Origin: a virus
Reading direction: 5' to 3' (one strand)
DNA length: 64,000 bases
Virus record (IMG/VR): IMGVR_UViG_3300035232_000745
Below, piece after piece: positions 1 through 8,996 of this stretch (positions within the stretch are counted from its first letter, which is position 1; every line of letters begins with the position of its first letter). The position numbers and the translations under genes were made by a program. A model generated the notes under the pieces. That model was given only the letters and a program-made list of their open reading frames with translations, was not told the DNA's origin and made no database searches.

Positions 1-1022
1 ATTTTTGAAGGCATTAGATTAGCGATATCATACGCTGGAGGGATAAAGTTTGCAACGATATTAATACCGATAGTTGCTACGAAAAACATAATCGCTGCAA
101 CGACAGTCAATGGTAAAGAATCTACCATCGCAATAATATCAGTTGGACTTGTAACCGCTTCACCCCAGATTGCAATAGTACCTGAAGTAACGATAAGTGT
201 AATCAATGAAAAGAATGCAATATTCAATGGCAAACCAATCAAGTTACCTTTTTTCATTGCAGCTTGTGTTTTAACGTTACGTGAGAAGTCACCATAGTTA
301 ATTACAACTGCTGCGAAATAAGCGATCATTGTTCCTACAATAGCTACGAATGCTGAGAAAGATGTACCTACGTATTCGCCTGTACCTTCAAAGATTGTAC
401 CCATTTCTGTAGTAAGTCCTGAACCTGCTTTTACCCAAATAGTGAGAGCCAAAGCAATCATTACTGCGTAAACAAAAGGACCTGCGAAATTTAGGAATTT
501 AGTAATCCAAGGGATACCTTTCCAGAACAGATATACTTGAAATGCCCAAACGAATAGGAACGATACCCAATCGATTGTACTCATACCTAGCATTACTGCT
601 TCCCCATTTCCACCTGCTAATGCCGAAATTAATAGCGATACTGCGGTTGATGCGAAATAAGTTTGTGCACCATACCAAAAGATTGCTACAATTCCGCGGG
701 CCACAGCCGGGAAGTTAGCACCTCTTACCCCCATACTCGAACGAGCCATAACAGGGAATGGGATACCGTACTTAACGCTTGGCTCACCCATCAAATTGAC
801 TAACCACATTACAAAAAGACCGGCCAACATGATGGCAGCAAATACTGTCCAACCGTTTAAACCAAATGAGATGAATAGAGATGCTGCTAGCGTATAACCA
901 AACAAACTTTGAATGTCGTTAGACCATACGTTAAAAATCTCGAACGCACCCCATGTACGTTTCTTTTCTGGAATGGGAGCCAAGTCTTCATTATATAAAC
1001 TTGGGTCTTTGTTTTTTAACAT
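1..1022 (-). CDS. NCS1 family nucleobase:cation symporter (allantoin/uracil permease-like), 3' end outside the window
   Basis: Not in ORF track. Manual translation from ATG 1022 (RBS AAGGAG): MLKNKDPSLYNEDLAPIPEKKRTWGAFEIFNVWSNDIQSLFGY...KYGIPFPVMARSSMGVRGANFPAVARGIVAIFWYGAQTY, which carries typical NCS1 motifs. Confidence 0.9.
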   Translation of the reverse strand, partial: MLKNKDPSLYNEDLAPIPEKKRTWGAFEIFNVWSNDIQSLFGYTLAASLFISFGLNGWTVFAAIMLAGLFVMWLVNLMGEPSVKYGIPFPVMARSSMGVRGANFPAVARGIVAIFWYGAQTYFASTAVSLLISALAGGNGEAVMLGMSTIDWVSFLFVWAFQVYLFWKGIPWITKFLNFAGPFVYAVMIALALTIWVKAGSGLTTEMGTIFEGTGEYVGTSFSAFVAIVGTMIAYFAAVVINYGDFSRNVKTQAAMKKGNLIGLPLNIAFFSLITLIVTSGTIAIWGEAVTSPTDIIAMVDSLPLTVVAAIMFFVATIGINIVANFIPPAYDIANLMPSK

Positions 1023-1057
1023 TATATACTCCTTTTAATATGTTAATGCCCAATTAC

Positions 1058-1086
1058 TATTCTAACATAATTGGGCAAAATGTCAA
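1058..1086 (-). promoter_or_regulatory. sigma70-type promoter (TTGACA-N17-TAGAAT) for the NCS1 gene, overlapped by the inverted repeat TGCCCAATTA-N11-TAATTGGGCA (1047-1077)
   Basis: Minus strand reads gTTGACAtttttgcccaattatgtTAGAATag. Confidence 0.6.
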
Positions 1087-1096
1087 CCTTTTTTGA

Positions 1097-1960
1097 TTAT
1101 CCTGACGTTGCGTCAACAATCATTCTAATGTTCTGAGATATTTTAGCATTAAACTCAGCATCAGTTTGATTATGATTCAAACCTTCACTTAAAGCTCTAC
1201 TAAAACTTGCAGTGACATCATGATTCATCGATAATCTACGACACGCTTCAGCTGTTGCGTATCCTCCACTAAGAAACACAATACGGTTTACACTATGGTT
1301 TGCTGTAAGATTGTGATATAGGTTGGGTACTTCTGGAGGCGTCAGCTTTAAAATAACTTGGTAATCTTTTCCAATTAAGTATTTTTGTAACGCGTCGTAT
1401 AACTCGTGTTCTATTAATTCTTTTTCTTCGTGATCAATAGGAACTTCGGGTTCTACTATTGGCATAAGTCCGTATTCTTGGATTGTATGTGCCAAAGTAA
1501 ATTGCTGCTTTAGAATAGGCTCAACCATATCTATACTTTTAATAATGCTTCGCATCTTAGTTCCGTATATAGGTTCACCTAATCCGTCAGTAGCAAATTC
1601 TAATATTTGTTTTACAGGAAACTGTTTAAGCATCCCGCTTTCTTCACAGCCATCATCTATCTTTAAAAAGGAGTCGATACCTTTATTTGCGAGTTCATTA
1701 ACCATTCCTCGAGTAACTGTATCTTTATAAAGAATTGCGGCCCAAACATTTGTATCGTTGAAATCAGGAGAATTAACCATTCTCATTCTCATTTCGTGTA
1801 CACGATCCATCTTGTTTTCTTCGGTGTATTCACGACCATAACGTTCTAATACACCGCCAGTCGAACCACCGCTGTGGTCCATTGCCGCTATGAATCTTGC
1901 ATCATAGCGGGTTTGGCTTTCTAAAAAATCACCTGCTGTTGTGAATTTTAAATCGCTCAT
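1097..1960 (-). CDS. fructose-bisphosphate aldolase class I
   Basis: FIAAMDHSGGST, FLKIDDG, GTKMRS, PIVEPEV, VFLSGGY and ASFSRAL motifs of bacterial class I aldolase. Confidence 0.9.
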   Translation of the reverse strand: MSDLKFTTAGDFLESQTRYDARFIAAMDHSGGSTGGVLERYGREYTEENKMDRVHEMRMRMVNSPDFNDTNVWAAILYKDTVTRGMVNELANKGIDSFLKIDDGCEESGMLKQFPVKQILEFATDGLGEPIYGTKMRSIIKSIDMVEPILKQQFTLAHTIQEYGLMPIVEPEVPIDHEEKELIEHELYDALQKYLIGKDYQVILKLTPPEVPNLYHNLTANHSVNRIVFLSGGYATAEACRRLSMNHDVTASFSRALSEGLNHNQTDAEFNAKISQNIRMIVDATSG

Positions 1961-2130
1961 TTACCTAATCCAAAACATGGTAAAATATTTAAATTACAAT
2001 AACGGCCGTAATCTTCGAGACCAACCATTGCCATTAACATTAATACCGGTAAAACACCAATAATAAAGAATATGACTAAGAAAGCCCAACCAAGTCCTTT
2101 AGTTGTGCAATATTGTGTTTGTTCACTCAT
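1957..2130 (-). CDS. small membrane protein
   Basis: MSEQTQYCTTKGLGWAFLVIFF...; hydrophobic; tight packing with neighbours. Confidence 0.55.
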   Translation of the reverse strand: MSEQTQYCTTKGLGWAFLVIFFIIGVLPVLMLMAMVGLEDYGRYCNLNILPCFGLGK

Positions 2131-2419
2131 GCTCGCCACCATTTGCGCGACCACTGTAATTACCAAATATGTTTGGTTTACGTTGAGCAGTTTCAAATGT
2201 TGCTACTGTAATAGCAATAGCGCCTAATAACAACGTATGCAATATCATACTAAATACGCCGGCCCACATACTTCCTACAATAATTGCGAATACAATACAC
2301 CACATCCAAGCAAGAACTTGCATAATCATATGTCGTGTACTAAAATCTGGAATATTGCTTAATGGATTTTTTTCGTGATCCATTACTACATTCCAACAGT
2401 CTACAATCCATCTATTCAT
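2123..2419 (-). CDS. hypothetical membrane protein
   Basis: ORF with two hydrophobic segments, operon packing. Confidence 0.65.
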   Translation of the reverse strand: MNRWIVDCWNVVMDHEKNPLSNIPDFSTRHMIMQVLAWMWCIVFAIIVGSMWAGVFSMILHTLLLGAIAITVATFETAQRKPNIFGNYSGRANGGEHE

Positions 2420-2606
2420 AGTCTTTTACTCCGTGTTTATCAATATCGTTAAGAATCATTTGTATAGATTCTTTTATATCCTGAACCGAATCACCAGAAA
2501 TGTCAACAGGTTTTTCAGTCCAAGATCCTCCATCATCTGATGGATAAAATTCATGCACTGCATAATAACCATCATGCTTCATTAATTGGTAATGCCATTT
2601 ATTCAT
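2412..2606 (-). CDS. hypothetical protein
   Basis: MNKWHYQLMK...HEFY; operon packing. Confidence 0.55.
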   Translation of the reverse strand: MNKWHYQLMKHDGYYAVHEFYPSDDGGSWTEKPVDISGDSVQDIKESIQMILNDIDKHGVKDYE

Positions 2607-2937
2607 AGCTTTCGCCAGTTTCACGAAAGAAGTTTTCTGACCAAAAAGCTTTATCATCGATCCAAATATCGTAGTTTTCTTTTTCGCCTACGCTGAGTTC
2701 GTGATATTTCGCACCCCATTCAACGAGTTGATTATTAGTTAGTCTCCAATAATCTATACCGCTTACGCATCCGCGTGCAGTCATGTATTTAATAGTATGA
2801 CCTGCGTCGTATAAAGCATTTACTTTAGCAATTCGATCATACATCGGAATATGATTAGCATAATCCTTTTTACCACTTCCATCCATAAAATAGACTTCTT
2901 GGCATATAGTTCCGTCAATATCAATTATATATTTCAT
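2599..2937 (-). CDS. HAD-superfamily phosphatase
   Basis: DIDGT motif I, TARG motif II, IDDKA motif IV. Confidence 0.8.
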   Translation of the reverse strand: MKYIIDIDGTICQEVYFMDGSGKKDYANHIPMYDRIAKVNALYDAGHTIKYMTARGCVSGIDYWRLTNNQLVEWGAKYHELSVGEKENYDIWIDDKAFWSENFFRETGESYE

Positions 2938-2951
2938 TTTATCTCCATTAT

Positions 2952-2978
2952 AAAAAAGGGAGGCCAAGAAAGCCTCCC
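2952..2978 (-). terminator. rho-independent terminator after hsp20
   Basis: GGGAGGC-tttcttg-GCCTCCC followed by a T-run on the minus strand. Confidence 0.8.
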
Positions 2979-2995
2979 AATCACAGTAAAATAAG

Positions 2996-3439
2996 TTAAC
3001 CTTTTAGAAGTTCTGGTTCTCTTCGGTTAATTTCAATTGTACGTGGTTTCTTCTCGTCTGGAATTACATTCTCTAGATGCACGCTAAGAATGCCTGCATC
3101 AAGATCAGCGCCGTTCACTACGATAGTGTCCATTAAAGTAAACGTACGATTGAAAGATCGAGCTGAAATACCTTTATGAATGTAGTTCTTCTCGTCATCT
3201 GTATTTTGGTTACCCTCAATAGTCAAAGTTCCATCTTTCAAAGTAATGTCTAAATCGTCGTAATTAAAACCTGCGATAGCCAATTGTAATTCGTACTGGT
3301 CTTCGCCCGTTTTGATAATATTATAAGGTGGGTAATTTGCCTGGTTAGGCGTTGCTGTTCTCATTCTATCTACCATGCGGTCAAAACCGATGAAGAATGG
3401 ATCGTTAAGCATAGTCGTATCTAATCTGCGAGTATTCAT
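2996..3439 (-). CDS. hsp20: small heat shock protein Hsp20 (IbpA-like)
   Basis: NYPPYNI, LAIAGF, YIHKGISARSF, PRTIEI motifs. Confidence 0.95.
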   Translation of the reverse strand: MNTRRLDTTMLNDPFFIGFDRMVDRMRTATPNQANYPPYNIIKTGEDQYELQLAIAGFNYDDLDITLKDGTLTIEGNQNTDDEKNYIHKGISARSFNRTFTLMDTIVVNGADLDAGILSVHLENVIPDEKKPRTIEINRREPELLKG

Positions 3440-3496
3440 TTTGTTTCTCCTTAAATAAGCAAGATTAATGTAAGGAACCCATTATGGCATTCCTAC
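3440..3496 (-). promoter_or_regulatory. ROSE-like RNA thermometer in the hsp20 5' UTR
   Basis: UCUUGCUU-AUUU-AAGGAGA hairpin: the U(U/C)GCU ROSE motif pairs with the SD; an upstream hairpin GUAGGAAU...GUUCCUUAC is also present. Confidence 0.65.
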
Positions 3497-3499
3497 TAT

Positions 3500-3507
3500 T
3501 ATTTATA
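3500..3507 (-). promoter_or_regulatory. T4-type late promoter TATAAATA (hsp20)
   Basis: Exact gp55 consensus just upstream of the hsp20 leader. Confidence 0.7.
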
Positions 3508-3533
3508 CACCGTTTATGATCAAAAGTACAACT

Positions 3534-3842
3534 TTATTCTACATAAGGCTCAAAATCACTGCCGTTAGCTACCATACAAGCCCATCCATTTGGGAACAGC
3601 GAAACTAAAGTCCATGAGCCTGTATCTTGATTTGTCATAAAAACCATTTCAGTTTTAATCATTTGGCCGCTTATGTGCTGTTGTAAGATTTCACCTTTAA
3701 ACAAAATCTGTTCGTCATACTTTTTAGTTTGTTCTGCCATAAGGGCAAAAGTACCGCAAGATTGTGATGCTTGAAACGGCGGTACTTGTTGAGCAGCTAA
3801 AGGTGTAGCTGTTAATGATAGTGCTAGTAAATATTTAAACAT
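3534..3842 (-). CDS. hypothetical secreted protein
   Basis: N-terminal signal peptide, two Cys. Confidence 0.6.
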   Translation of the reverse strand: MFKYLLALSLTATPLAAQQVPPFQASQSCGTFALMAEQTKKYDEQILFKGEILQQHISGQMIKTEMVFMTNQDTGSWTLVSLFPNGWACMVANGSDFEPYVE

Positions 3843-3851
3843 TTTATTGTC

Positions 3852-4367
3852 CTATTCTCCAGTACTACCAAATCCTCCATCTCGATCTGTTTTCTGGTTA
3901 GGTTGAGTTTTGGTTTCAGATATTTTTACCTGTTGAGTTTTTTCTAATACACATTGTGCAAGACGTTCTCCGTCTGAAATAACTGCTAACGAATCTGTTT
4001 CGTTGTTTATCATAATATAAGTTTGTTCTACATAATCAGAATCTATAATTCCTGTACCATTTGCTAATACTAAACCTCTTTTTAACGCGACGCTTGACCT
4101 AATAAACATTTTAAGTACGTGCTTATCCGGTACATCAAAAATTAATCCAGTAGGAATAAGTATTCTTGTATCTGGTGGTAGCTGAAAAGAGTTTGGATTT
4201 TGACCTACACCCTTTACAGTGATGAATACTTCTTTATTCCAGTTATTATACGCTCGAAGTTTATCACCTCTTTTAAAACATGATTTAATATCAAAGGCTG
4301 CTGAACCTTCAGTTGCGTAAGTTGGTAATTCAGCGTTTTCATTCATTCTATAAATTTTCATTTTCAC
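3852..4367 (-). CDS. dut: trimeric dUTPase
   Basis: AAFDI, RSS, GIIDSDY, RLAQ and RDGGFGSTG motifs. Confidence 0.95.
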   Translation of the reverse strand: MKMKIYRMNENAELPTYATEGSAAFDIKSCFKRGDKLRAYNNWNKEVFITVKGVGQNPNSFQLPPDTRILIPTGLIFDVPDKHVLKMFIRSSVALKRGLVLANGTGIIDSDYVEQTYIMINNETDSLAVISDGERLAQCVLEKTQQVKISETKTQPNQKTDRDGGFGSTGE

Positions 4368-4777
4368 TTCTTTCCAATGTTATACTTTGCTTCCAGAATC
4401 CAATTTTGTTTTTCTTTATGAGATATAATCTTAATTTGATTAAGCTGAGCAATCGGTGATTGAGCTTTTTCAGTATTTACGACAGATAATAAATCCCATT
4501 CTTCTAGTAAATTAACTATAGTATTTCTTCTTGCTTCATCTTCTTCTACAAATGTATCTTTTTTACCGTCTAAAATAAACAATTCTTTAAAATGCAAAAT
4601 CGCATATTTACCTTGTTTATGTAGTATATGGCAAGTTTGGTAAAGCTTTTTCTCTTTACGAGACGAAATACCAATACGAGTAAGTGTTTCTTTTACTTTA
4701 AGGAAACTGTCTGGTGTTGGTAAAGAAATCTCTACTCCTACACCTTTAAAAATATCTTCTTCTGAGTTCATAACCAC
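4364..4777 (-). CDS. regA: translational repressor RegA
   Basis: DSFLKVKETLTRIGI, LYQTCHILHKQG, HFKELF. Confidence 0.95.
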   Translation of the reverse strand: MVMNSEEDIFKGVGVEISLPTPDSFLKVKETLTRIGISSRKEKKLYQTCHILHKQGKYAILHFKELFILDGKKDTFVEEDEARRNTIVNLLEEWDLLSVVNTEKAQSPIAQLNQIKIISHKEKQNWILEAKYNIGKK

Positions 4778-4858
4778 ATCGCCTTCTTTTTATTATTATT
4801 ATGTATGGTACGGCTTCAAATTGCTCAACCGTTGTAATTATTTATCAGAAGTAAGTAT

Positions 4859-5263
4859 TCACCTGGTAGACCCGCCAATCTCAAGGCGTGAATGAACTGA
4901 TTTAAGATCATCTGCGCTCAAGGCTTTTAAATATTGTTTAGCAACTGTTCTATTGCATTGGTAAACTTCTTGTATTGCATCGAGATCTTTACTCTTATCG
5001 GCCTTAGGCCATTTACTAAAGCGTTTACGTTTACGTAGCGCTGTTCTATAGTAATCAAATTGCGCTTTAGCTGGTAGATGAGATCTCATATTCATTTCAT
5101 TAGCATGTAGGATAGTATCTTCAAAGTTTGTAAAACCTCTATTTACGATATAAGCTGAGTACAAATTCTCTGCTATTTCAGGATTATCATTATTAGATAT
5201 GATATCGTCCTTAGAGAAAGACGCAGCATTCATAAAATCAAAGGGTGTTATTTCTTTGGGCAT
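4859..5263 (-). CDS. gp62: clamp loader small subunit gp62
   Basis: ANEMN and RKRKRFSKW motifs; sits between gp44 and regA. Confidence 0.9.
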   Translation of the reverse strand: MPKEITPFDFMNAASFSKDDIISNNDNPEIAENLYSAYIVNRGFTNFEDTILHANEMNMRSHLPAKAQFDYYRTALRKRKRFSKWPKADKSKDLDAIQEVYQCNRTVAKQYLKALSADDLKSVHSRLEIGGSTR

Positions 5264-5447
5264 CTAAATTCTCCTCTAAATCTTTCATCATATCATCAAA
5301 ATCACCAGAACAATCTTGACATAGCTTAAGATGTAACGGTCCTTCCATAGTGTCAACGTCTACACTATAAACTTGCTTCTTTGTGATATACTTGTTACAG
5401 TTAAAACACTCTTGCATACCAACTAACTTTTTAATCCAATCACTCAT
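5238..5447 (-). CDS. small Zn-finger-like protein
   Basis: CxxC...CxxC. Confidence 0.55.
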   Translation of the reverse strand: MSDWIKKLVGMQECFNCNKYITKKQVYSVDVDTMEGPLHLKLCQDCSGDFDDMMKDLEENLDAQRNNTL

Positions 5448-6397
5448 TTATACTCTGCTTCCATCATTACTTCTGTTAAGAAAGCAACCATGTTAACTTC
5501 TAAGTCAGCTACGAAGTTAGCTTTGTACATGTAATCAGCAAGAGTAACTACGAAACCTGGTAATGAACGCAATTCAATCTTTTCAGAAGCCATATCATAT
5601 ATACGCCTAAACATTTCATTCATATCTTGATCTGAATTGTTTGCAACCCATTTTCTCATGTTAGTAAAGTCTTTAGCTTTAAGTAGCCTGAATATTTCAT
5701 CCATTGAATCTTGTTTTAGATTAACAAATATGCCTTCATCAATACGACCTGAAGCTGCATATGATTGTAGCTCAGTAAGTACACGACGGAAATCAGGGAA
5801 GTGGCGCTCAATAACTTTAGCAACTACTTTTTTATCAAAATCTACCTGTTCTAACTCAAGTATTTGTAGCACGCGTTTATAGAATTGTGCTGCCATAGAT
5901 GGTCTATCAGTTGTTTCTATAGTGAAATCAACTTCACTCAAACGAGAGCGGAGAGGTGCAATGATACGGTTTTTAAAGTTACACGTAAATATAAATCCGC
6001 AATTAGATGAATATTCTTCGATAAAGTTACGTAAAGCTGGTTGAACATTTGCAGCGTTTAGGTAGTCAGCTTCATCAAAGATAACATATTTACGACCACC
6101 ACTAAGGGATACAGCCGAGGCATATGTTGAAATATCATAACGAAGAGTATCAATGTTAACATTCAATGAACCATTCTTTACAATATAATCACAACCCATT
6201 TCTTCAAGCATGGCTTTTGCGATAGTTGTTTTACCTACACCTGGACCACCAGACAACAATAAGTTTGGAATGCTATCATCAGCTACAAACTTTTTAAACA
6301 TTGCTTTGGTGTTTTCTGGTAGAATTGTATCGTTTATTTTTTGTGGTCGATACTTTTCAACCCACAGTACTTCATTTGCTTTAGCATCAATAGACAT
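5444..6397 (-). CDS. gp44: clamp loader large subunit gp44 (RFC-like AAA+)
   Basis: LWVEKYRP, GPGVGKT Walker A, DEAD, LRSR, FPDFRR. Confidence 0.97.
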   Translation of the reverse strand: MSIDAKANEVLWVEKYRPQKINDTILPENTKAMFKKFVADDSIPNLLLSGGPGVGKTTIAKAMLEEMGCDYIVKNGSLNVNIDTLRYDISTYASAVSLSGGRKYVIFDEADYLNAANVQPALRNFIEEYSSNCGFIFTCNFKNRIIAPLRSRLSEVDFTIETTDRPSMAAQFYKRVLQILELEQVDFDKKVVAKVIERHFPDFRRVLTELQSYAASGRIDEGIFVNLKQDSMDEIFRLLKAKDFTNMRKWVANNSDQDMNEMFRRIYDMASEKIELRSLPGFVVTLADYMYKANFVADLEVNMVAFLTEVMMEAEYK

Positions 6398-6459
6398 ATA
6401 ATCACCATTTCATAATATATAAATTGCAGGTTTATAACGAGAGCCTGCGTCGTTTAGTA

Positions 6460-6723
6460 TTACTGAACCTTGTCAGCAAGCGGTGCATCTTCAGGTACAG
6501 CTGCTGGTGCGTCTACCGGCATACTACCTTCTGGTGCTTCACCTTGCGGTGCATTTTGCTGCAAGAAAACTTCGAATTTATTACGAAGCATTCCAATGCC
6601 TGCAAGTTCTCGGCCTTCAATACCACCGCGGCGACTGACTACGTCAATCAATTGTACGACGGTTGCGATATCTTGAAGAGACAGATTTACTGGCTCTTGT
6701 TGTGGTTGTTCTTGATCGCTCAT
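6460..6723 (-). CDS. hypothetical protein
   Basis: ORF with RBS between gp45 and gp44. Confidence 0.6.
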   Translation of the reverse strand: MSDQEQPQQEPVNLSLQDIATVVQLIDVVSRRGGIEGRELAGIGMLRNKFEVFLQQNAPQGEAPEGSMPVDAPAAVPEDAPLADKVQ

Positions 6724-6726
6724 ATT

Positions 6727-7389
6727 TTATCCTTTCTGATAAGTCGACTTAGTATCAATTGCTACATAATAAGTAGCGGTTTCCCCTTTAAACTCAGAGA
6801 TACCCTTTGCGCAAAGGGTAACATGATAGTTCTGAGGTAGGAGCTTAAGATTATCAGTTTTGATAATAACCTTAAATTCGTCTTGTGTTGTGCCAATTTC
6901 AACACCATAATCATCGGCGCTTGTATCTGCGCTATTAATAGCTTTCAGGTATACTTTACCTTCACTACCAACAAATGCAACTTCATTAAACTGAAGAACA
7001 CCAGCAGCTTTGATTACAGATTGCATGTCGTCCCAAAGAACATCAACAATAACATCTGATGATGGCAATTCGATATCTTTTTCTGGGGCTGCATGTATCA
7101 TTGAAATATCGGCAAACGCGTATTTTGTACGTTGTTTACCTTCAGCAATAGTGAAGTATTTATCATGAAACTCAACGTCAGGGTCCTTATAAAGGCCTAA
7201 AATTGAAAGAAATCTTGATAAATCATATACACATGCTTCAGAAGGTAAGCTTTCAGAGATGGTTGCTTTAGCAACTAATGTTTTCTCTGGTGTGATTGTT
7301 TTAAGTGTATTGCCAGGTTTCAACAAGATAGACTTGTTGATAGTAGAGAAACTCTTAAGTATTGTAAGAGTATTTTCAGAAAATTTCAT
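6727..7389 (-). CDS. gp45: sliding clamp gp45
   Basis: MKFSENTLTILKSFSTINKSIL, YDLSRFL; core synteny. Confidence 0.95.
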   Translation of the reverse strand: MKFSENTLTILKSFSTINKSILLKPGNTLKTITPEKTLVAKATISESLPSEACVYDLSRFLSILGLYKDPDVEFHDKYFTIAEGKQRTKYAFADISMIHAAPEKDIELPSSDVIVDVLWDDMQSVIKAAGVLQFNEVAFVGSEGKVYLKAINSADTSADDYGVEIGTTQDEFKVIIKTDNLKLLPQNYHVTLCAKGISEFKGETATYYVAIDTKSTYQKG

Positions 7390-7446
7390 TATATAGTCTC
7401 CTATTGTATTATATAGATTGTATCTTACTTTAATATTGCGAAAATG

Positions 7447-8316
7447 TCAACTTTTTTTGTTTTTCTTGTAGCTTCGTTTAGAAGATGACTTATCTGCTGT
7501 CGCTGATACGCCAAGTGATCCTATAGCTCCCATATTTCCCTTGAAGATGTAAGTACCTATATGGTTTATCTTCATCCAAGGACACATCCAAACTTTCATT
7601 CCAGCTTTACGAGATTGTCTGCAAAAGAAGTAATCTTCACTTAGATATCTTTTTGATCCTGCATCAATAACACAATCGAAGTAAGCCATAATCTCATTCG
7701 TGCCGTCAAAGTTTTCAGTGCGGGCATGATCTGGTTTGTATGAATATTCTGGGTAAGCTTTTTTGTATGTTTCAAAAGTTTCTCTTGGAATACACATAAA
7801 TCCTGTACCGCCTTCACCGATTTCTAAAGGTTCTGCCATATTAAAACTTTTAAGTTTATTGACTGGATTAAACACATAATCAGCAGTGTATTGGTCAAGT
7901 TCAAAGGGCGATTCATCTGCTTTACCTTGATCTGCCGCGGCTTTTACTTTTTCCCAAGCTATAGTTTTCTTTGGATATGGTCCAGTAACAATATTATATT
8001 TTTTAGGATCTGCTACTTGTATGGCAAGCATGCCAAGAACATCTCTTGGATCAAAAGCAATATCGCTATCTATGAATATTAGATGCGTACAATCAGATCT
8101 CATAAATTCATCTACCACGTAATTTCTTGCTCTTTGAATTAAGCTTTCATTAAACAAATAATAAAACTTAATCGTAATGCCATTAGCAGCGCATATCATC
8201 GCTAAGTCTGTGCATGATTTAGTATAAGAACCAGTGCAATTACCACCGTACATTGGGGTACCTACAAATATCTTGTATTTTCTAAGTTCTTCCACTGAAA
8301 TTTGTAAATTAGCCAT
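7447..8316 (-). CDS. GT-A fold glycosyltransferase-like protein
   Basis: TPMYGG, ESLIQRARN, FIDSD (DxD), GTGFMCI, LSEDYFFC. Confidence 0.7.
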   Translation of the reverse strand: MANLQISVEELRKYKIFVGTPMYGGNCTGSYTKSCTDLAMICAANGITIKFYYLFNESLIQRARNYVVDEFMRSDCTHLIFIDSDIAFDPRDVLGMLAIQVADPKKYNIVTGPYPKKTIAWEKVKAAADQGKADESPFELDQYTADYVFNPVNKLKSFNMAEPLEIGEGGTGFMCIPRETFETYKKAYPEYSYKPDHARTENFDGTNEIMAYFDCVIDAGSKRYLSEDYFFCRQSRKAGMKVWMCPWMKINHIGTYIFKGNMGAIGSLGVSATADKSSSKRSYKKNKKS

Positions 8317-8947
8317 TAGGTAACTCCATATCTAATTCTGCTCGAGTGATTGCCTGTAATCTCATGATATCAGCCGCTACATCATGTTTTGCATCGTGAG
8401 CGTTAAATGTAATTTCCCATTTTTCTTCGTCAGGAAACGGACAAAATCCGTTGTTTCCTGGAAAGTTGAACTTTGCATCGATATAAGTTCTCGTATCTCT
8501 TACTTTCCAATAAGGCAAGTAAGCACTTAATTGGTTCTTTTTGTTTGAGATCTCTGCCATTCTATCGAGAATAATGGGATCGAATGTGTTTGACCTACTC
8601 CACCAATAAGAAATCTTATTAGAGCTTAATAAGTAGTCAAGTAGTTTTGCCATGAATTGATTTGGGTTTAAATCGTCTTCGCTTGGTTTTAAGTCAACTC
8701 TTAGTGCAGCAGGTTTATCAAGCCACCATTGCAAATCTGCGCTAGTATACTTACAACCGTGATTCTGCATCTGGTCTTTAATGTCAAGTTTAGATTTCTG
8801 CATTGTAGCTACTAACTCTTGGAAAGAGTAAGGGTTATCGGATTCAAACCTATCCCATTCAAATGTAGTGTAAGCACAATTAATAACTGGTATTACTTTT
8901 GCATCACTACCGATGGTTTCGAAATCTAAAATAAAATCTTTTCTCAT
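8309..8947 (-). CDS. dexA: 3'-5' exonuclease A (DexA-like, DEDD)
   Basis: ILDFET, FDPIIL, WKVRDTRTYID, HDAKHD. Confidence 0.85.
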   Translation of the reverse strand: MRKDFILDFETIGSDAKVIPVINCAYTTFEWDRFESDNPYSFQELVATMQKSKLDIKDQMQNHGCKYTSADLQWWLDKPAALRVDLKPSEDDLNPNQFMAKLLDYLLSSNKISYWWSRSNTFDPIILDRMAEISNKKNQLSAYLPYWKVRDTRTYIDAKFNFPGNNGFCPFPDEEKWEITFNAHDAKHDVAADIMRLQAITRAELDMELPNG

Positions 8948-8996
8948 ATTCTCACTTTCGTTACATAGTCGTATTGTATATTGTATTGATAAAATG

